The notes under the pieces: model-generated
What the model was told of the DNA's origin: nothing
Database searches by the model: none
What the model saw: only the letters and a program-made list of their open reading frames with translations
Origin: Eledone cirrhosa
Lineage: Eukaryota
Assembly (NCBI GenBank): GCA_964016885.1
Contig: OZ024747.1
Location: forward strand, 17,050,001-17,114,000
Length of the DNA: 64,000 nt
Direction: 5' to 3'
Translations under genes and position numbers: made by a program
Part shown: piece after piece, positions 60,159-64,000 of the stretch
Layout of the letters: each line of letters begins with the position of its first letter
How positions within the stretch are numbered: the stretch's first letter is position 1

Positions 60159-61983
60159 ATTATTAAATAGAGAAGCGAGGGGACATATTCTATTTGTTGT
60201 TCATACTAAAGAATTTGCAATTGATTAGATTAAATGGGATAAATAAGAAGATTACTGTTTTACCCACATTTGTAAATCAAAGCCTTAATTATACTCTTGA
60301 AAATGTTTTAATGTTCGATGTAGAAGCAAATAACGCTGATATTCACAATACATTTCATATAACTGCTGAACACTGAAGTACATATCTCTTATACATTAAA
60401 ATGTAAAATTGTTTTATAACTCAAGTAACTAATTCAAATACCTATCCACTGTGGTTTGAATTGTTACATAGCAAGTTCCTTAACGGGTTAATGTATTCAA
60501 TGGTCCATGCCTCTTTATAATTGATTGGCTATGTAATTGTGTCGGTATGGAGAGGGTATACTCCTACTAAACTTCTTCTGTCAGACAATCTAACTATCTT
60601 GGGAGACATTCAGTAGTAGTAGTAGTATTGGTTACTGCAACCTGCAGTATTGGTTGTTCTAACGTAACTATATTACTTCATTTAATTTCTGATAGACACC
60701 ATTGTTAAATAATGTCATGAGACTGGGATAGCTGTTTGCAGTAGCCGATGAATATTTAATGTCTAATTTCATATCCAGTATTTCTTTTTCAGATCCTTTA
60801 CTCTTCTATTTGCATCATACTTTTCTAGATGTACCAAAATTACTATATATGCATGTCAATATCATTTTTTATATTACTTGTTACAATTGTATGTATTATA
60901 ACCATGGTCAGAATCATATTAGCTATGATATTATTGGACTCATCAAATAGGAAAGTAAATTACTTATTTTCTGTATTAGAAACCAAAACTTCGTTAAAGA
61001 ATGGAACACATATTTCTAAGTGATTTTGCACAGTCGAGACAATTTAAATTGTCAAAGCAAATAGTTTTGCTTTCGGGTGTTGCATTTGTACAGAAATCGT
61101 CTAAATGTAAAGGGTGACTGGAATCAAATATACATTGCTACATTACCATTAAACATCCTAATTTCATCGCATTCTTCTTTCATAACTTGGTAACATGAAT
61201 TAATGTCAATTTACCTAATGTCTAACGGTTTTCTAGTATAGGGGGAATACCTTACTAGCCTTACTAGTATAAGATATTTTGCTTTGATGTCTGATCTACA
61301 AATTTTGTAGTGCACACTAAACAGACCAGCAGGCAGACAAACACGGACTTTAATGTGTACGCTATATAACATTTGCATGAATTCGCAGGATGCTAATAAT
61401 CCCAATATATTAAGAGGTAACTTAACATAGGCTGTTATTCGTTTAAAATTGGACGAAATACTGTTGACTATTGATTATCTATACTCCAATATTCCACAGT
61501 CTATCATCAGAAGAAATACCCCATAAAAGTATCTGACTCTCACATCATATTTCTGTAAAAGTTAACTAGCATATTGCTAGTAATGTCCTTAACACCATAG
61601 CTTATACATTTTCCCATTTCTAACGACTACAATAATGTGCTCAACATGAAGTTTCTGAAAGTAAGTTATATTTATACACCAAACATTAAATATATTACAA
61701 ACACATGCCAGCTAAATTAAAAGGTGTTAATTGCATATGCATGTTACGTCGATCATTCATGCAATATAGAGGCGATAAAGCATTAAGTCTAGGTCAACTA
61801 TTTTAAACTTAACCACACAATAGCGCGTAAACACAATACTTATATTGTGAAAGGTTTATGTAACATTACGTCAAATACATATCATCTTCCAGACGAAGAA
61901 AGCCACATACAAGATCATTTAGATACAACTGACACTAAACTTGCCATTCAATGGAGAATCTTCCTGGAGAACAAATCATACAT

Positions 61984-62167
61984 TAATTGTTTCTACATTA
62001 GGTACAACGTCAGCAATTATCCCAGCGCATTACTGGTACTTTATTTTATCGACCCCGTGCGGATGAAAGGCAAAGATAACCTGGCAGGATTTGAACTCAG
62101 AATGGCAAGGAGCGTAACTCTATGCGTCAAAACATGGTGTCCGACCCTCTACCGATACAGCCAATCC
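61984..62167 (-). mobile_element. SINE family S
   Basis: Reverse-complement consensus match. Confidence 0.9.
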
Positions 62168-63063
62168 TCCTAACACAGGCTTATTGTGTAGCGCTGAGAA
62201 AAGCCTAATGTTGAATGACATCAACGATTCGGTAATCATCTGAAAGGTCTGGAAGCGTTAAACTGAATATTTAGGCATCGACATATATTTTGAAAATACC
62301 TCCCAGCCTCTGTTTTAGATGAGCAATATTTATCTATCATGTATTTTAAGAATCCCTCAGCATATGGTTTTTAGAACGTTGCAATTACATTTCCGTTCAA
62401 TCAAAGGAAATCAGGGAAACTAGAAAACTTGCTTGCTGATTCTTAACGTTTTAACATCTAATTGATACTATTAACTAGCTCATCCAAGAAAATTCAATAA
62501 TGCTGAGTCCCATGTAACATTTGATTGTCACAGTGTATGGCAGATTACCATTCCTGTTTCTAGCACATTCGAAGAGTTACTGTATTTTCGTAGAGCACAC
62601 ACAGTAATATATTTACCGATGATTGCCTTTATTTTAACAATTATAAACCATGCGTACATACATACAGTTATACTGATGTATATTTTATATATATATTGGG
62701 GAGGGTGTGTGTATATATATGTGTGTGTGTGTGTGTGTTTATCTGTGTGACTGTCTCTGTGTGTGTGTGTGCAGTGCAAGGACAAGAAGGTAAAATAGAT
62801 TAATCATGTATGAAAAACAATTACAAAAAGTGTTATTCGTTTAAAGTTTGTGTAAAAAGAAAGTAAAAGGTGTCTCCAACGTATGGTGTTAGTCCGTCAT
62901 CCGTAACGAAAGTGAGAGGTTAGGAAACATAGACAAAGAAGAGTTTAGATTAATTTTAAATATAGGTAGGACTCGTCGGCAGGTTTATTAAAGGAGTACG
63001 CGGATAAGGTTTAATGTTCACTGTCTGCCATTGTCCGTATTTCACACTATTATATATAGAGTA

Positions 63064-63224
63064 CGGTGGATTGGCAGTATCGGTAGAGGGTCTGACGCCA
63101 TGCTTTGCAGCATAGAGTTACGGCCCTTTATGGTCTGAGTTCAAATCTTACTGGGTCGATAAAATAAACTACCAGTAATACACTGGAGTAATTGCTGGCC
63201 TTGTGCCACAAGTAGAAACAATTA
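63064..63224 (+). mobile_element. SINE family S with internal deletion
   Basis: Head and tail match the consensus; the central ccgaggttaactttgcctttcat segment is missing. Confidence 0.88.
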
Positions 63225-63511
63225 TATATATAGAGAGAGAGAAAAACGGGCCAAGGATAGAGAGATTGAGAGGGATTGAGAGGGAAATAAAGGCAGAGAG
63301 AGGGGAAAGTTATAAACAGAGACATATATATATACATATACATATATATATATATACATATACTTATATATATATATACATATATGAATATAGACATAGA
63401 ATATTCGAAAATATTCTGTATGTTTATAATAAACATTTTGAAGACCTAATCGCTATAGAATAGAATACGTCACGTATTACAATTAGATTCTCGATAAAAG
63501 CAAGGGAAGTA

Positions 63512-63550
63512 AGTCTACGCGTTTCATTCTTGTTAGAATTCATCAGGACT
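63512..63550 (-). ncRNA. Type I hammerhead ribozyme, 311-bp unit copy 1
   Basis: agtc CTGATGA attct-aaca-agaat GAAA cgcg TA gact; palindromic ACGCGT; flanked by a perfect 16-bp helix 63487-63502/63561-63576. Confidence 0.92.
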
Positions 63551-63822
63551 ACATATCCAGTGCTTTTATCGAGAATGACACAGCTAGAGACTTATAGAAT
63601 ACTTAGCTGTGTACAGGAACTGGTTTGAAAGAGCGGTTGCCGGTCCGGCAGAAATTAGAAATTGGAATAAATGCTCTGAAATAGCGATATATATGTGAAT
63701 ATAGACATAGAATATTCGAAAATATTCTGTATGTTTATAATAAACATTTTGAAGACCTAATCGCTATAGAATAGAATACGTCACGTATTACAATTAGATT
63801 CTCGATAAAAGCAAGGGAAGTA

Positions 63823-63861
63823 AGTCTACGCGTTTCATTCTTGTTAGAATTCATCAGGACT
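63823..63861 (-). ncRNA. Type I hammerhead ribozyme, 311-bp unit copy 2
   Basis: Identical to copy 1 (+311). Confidence 0.92.
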
Positions 63862-64000
63862 ACATATCCAGTGCTTTTATCGAGAATGACACAGCTAGAG
63901 ACTTATAGAATACTTAGCTGTGTACAGGAACTGGTTTGAAAGAGCGGTTGCCGGTCCGGCAGAAATTAGAAATTGGAATAAATGCTCTGAAATAGCGATA

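Larger units (their letters stand above)
63385..64000 (-). repeat. 311-bp tandem repeat with hammerhead ribozyme (retrozyme-like); runs off the window end
   Basis: Unit starts at 63385 and 63696; copies appear identical; left end abuts TA-rich microsatellite. Confidence 0.95.

Overview
AT-rich eukaryotic non-coding DNA, intergenic or intronic. The repeat content (abundant (TA)n/(CA)n/(GA)n microsatellites and a very frequent ~185-bp tRNA-headed SINE) suggests an octopus/cephalopod genome; this is an inference. No intact host protein-coding gene was found, and nearly all listed ORFs are microsatellite translations. Recognisable decayed mobile elements are ~16 SINE copies, RTE-type LINE ends, an R4/Dong-like RLE C-terminus, a Chapaev3-like transposase pseudogene and a MITE. 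The main result is a set of small non-coding elements carrying type I hammerhead ribozymes (CUGANGA / stem II / GAAA / often palindromic stem III / NUH), nearly all sitting in or directly beside (TA)n tracts. They comprise: (i) a near-identical 483-bp repeat arranged as ~3 copies head-to-head with ~3 inverted copies, a 2.9-kb palindrome at 20278-23174 with six intact ribozymes; (ii) a 311-bp highly structured tandem repeat with an intact ribozyme at 63385-64000; and (iii) about six further families of short ribozyme or half-ribozyme inserts, most with fold-back or twin-primed inverted structure. These resemble Penelope-like-element pseudo-LTRs / non-LTR retrozymes. All structures were folded by eye; no database search or folding software was run.
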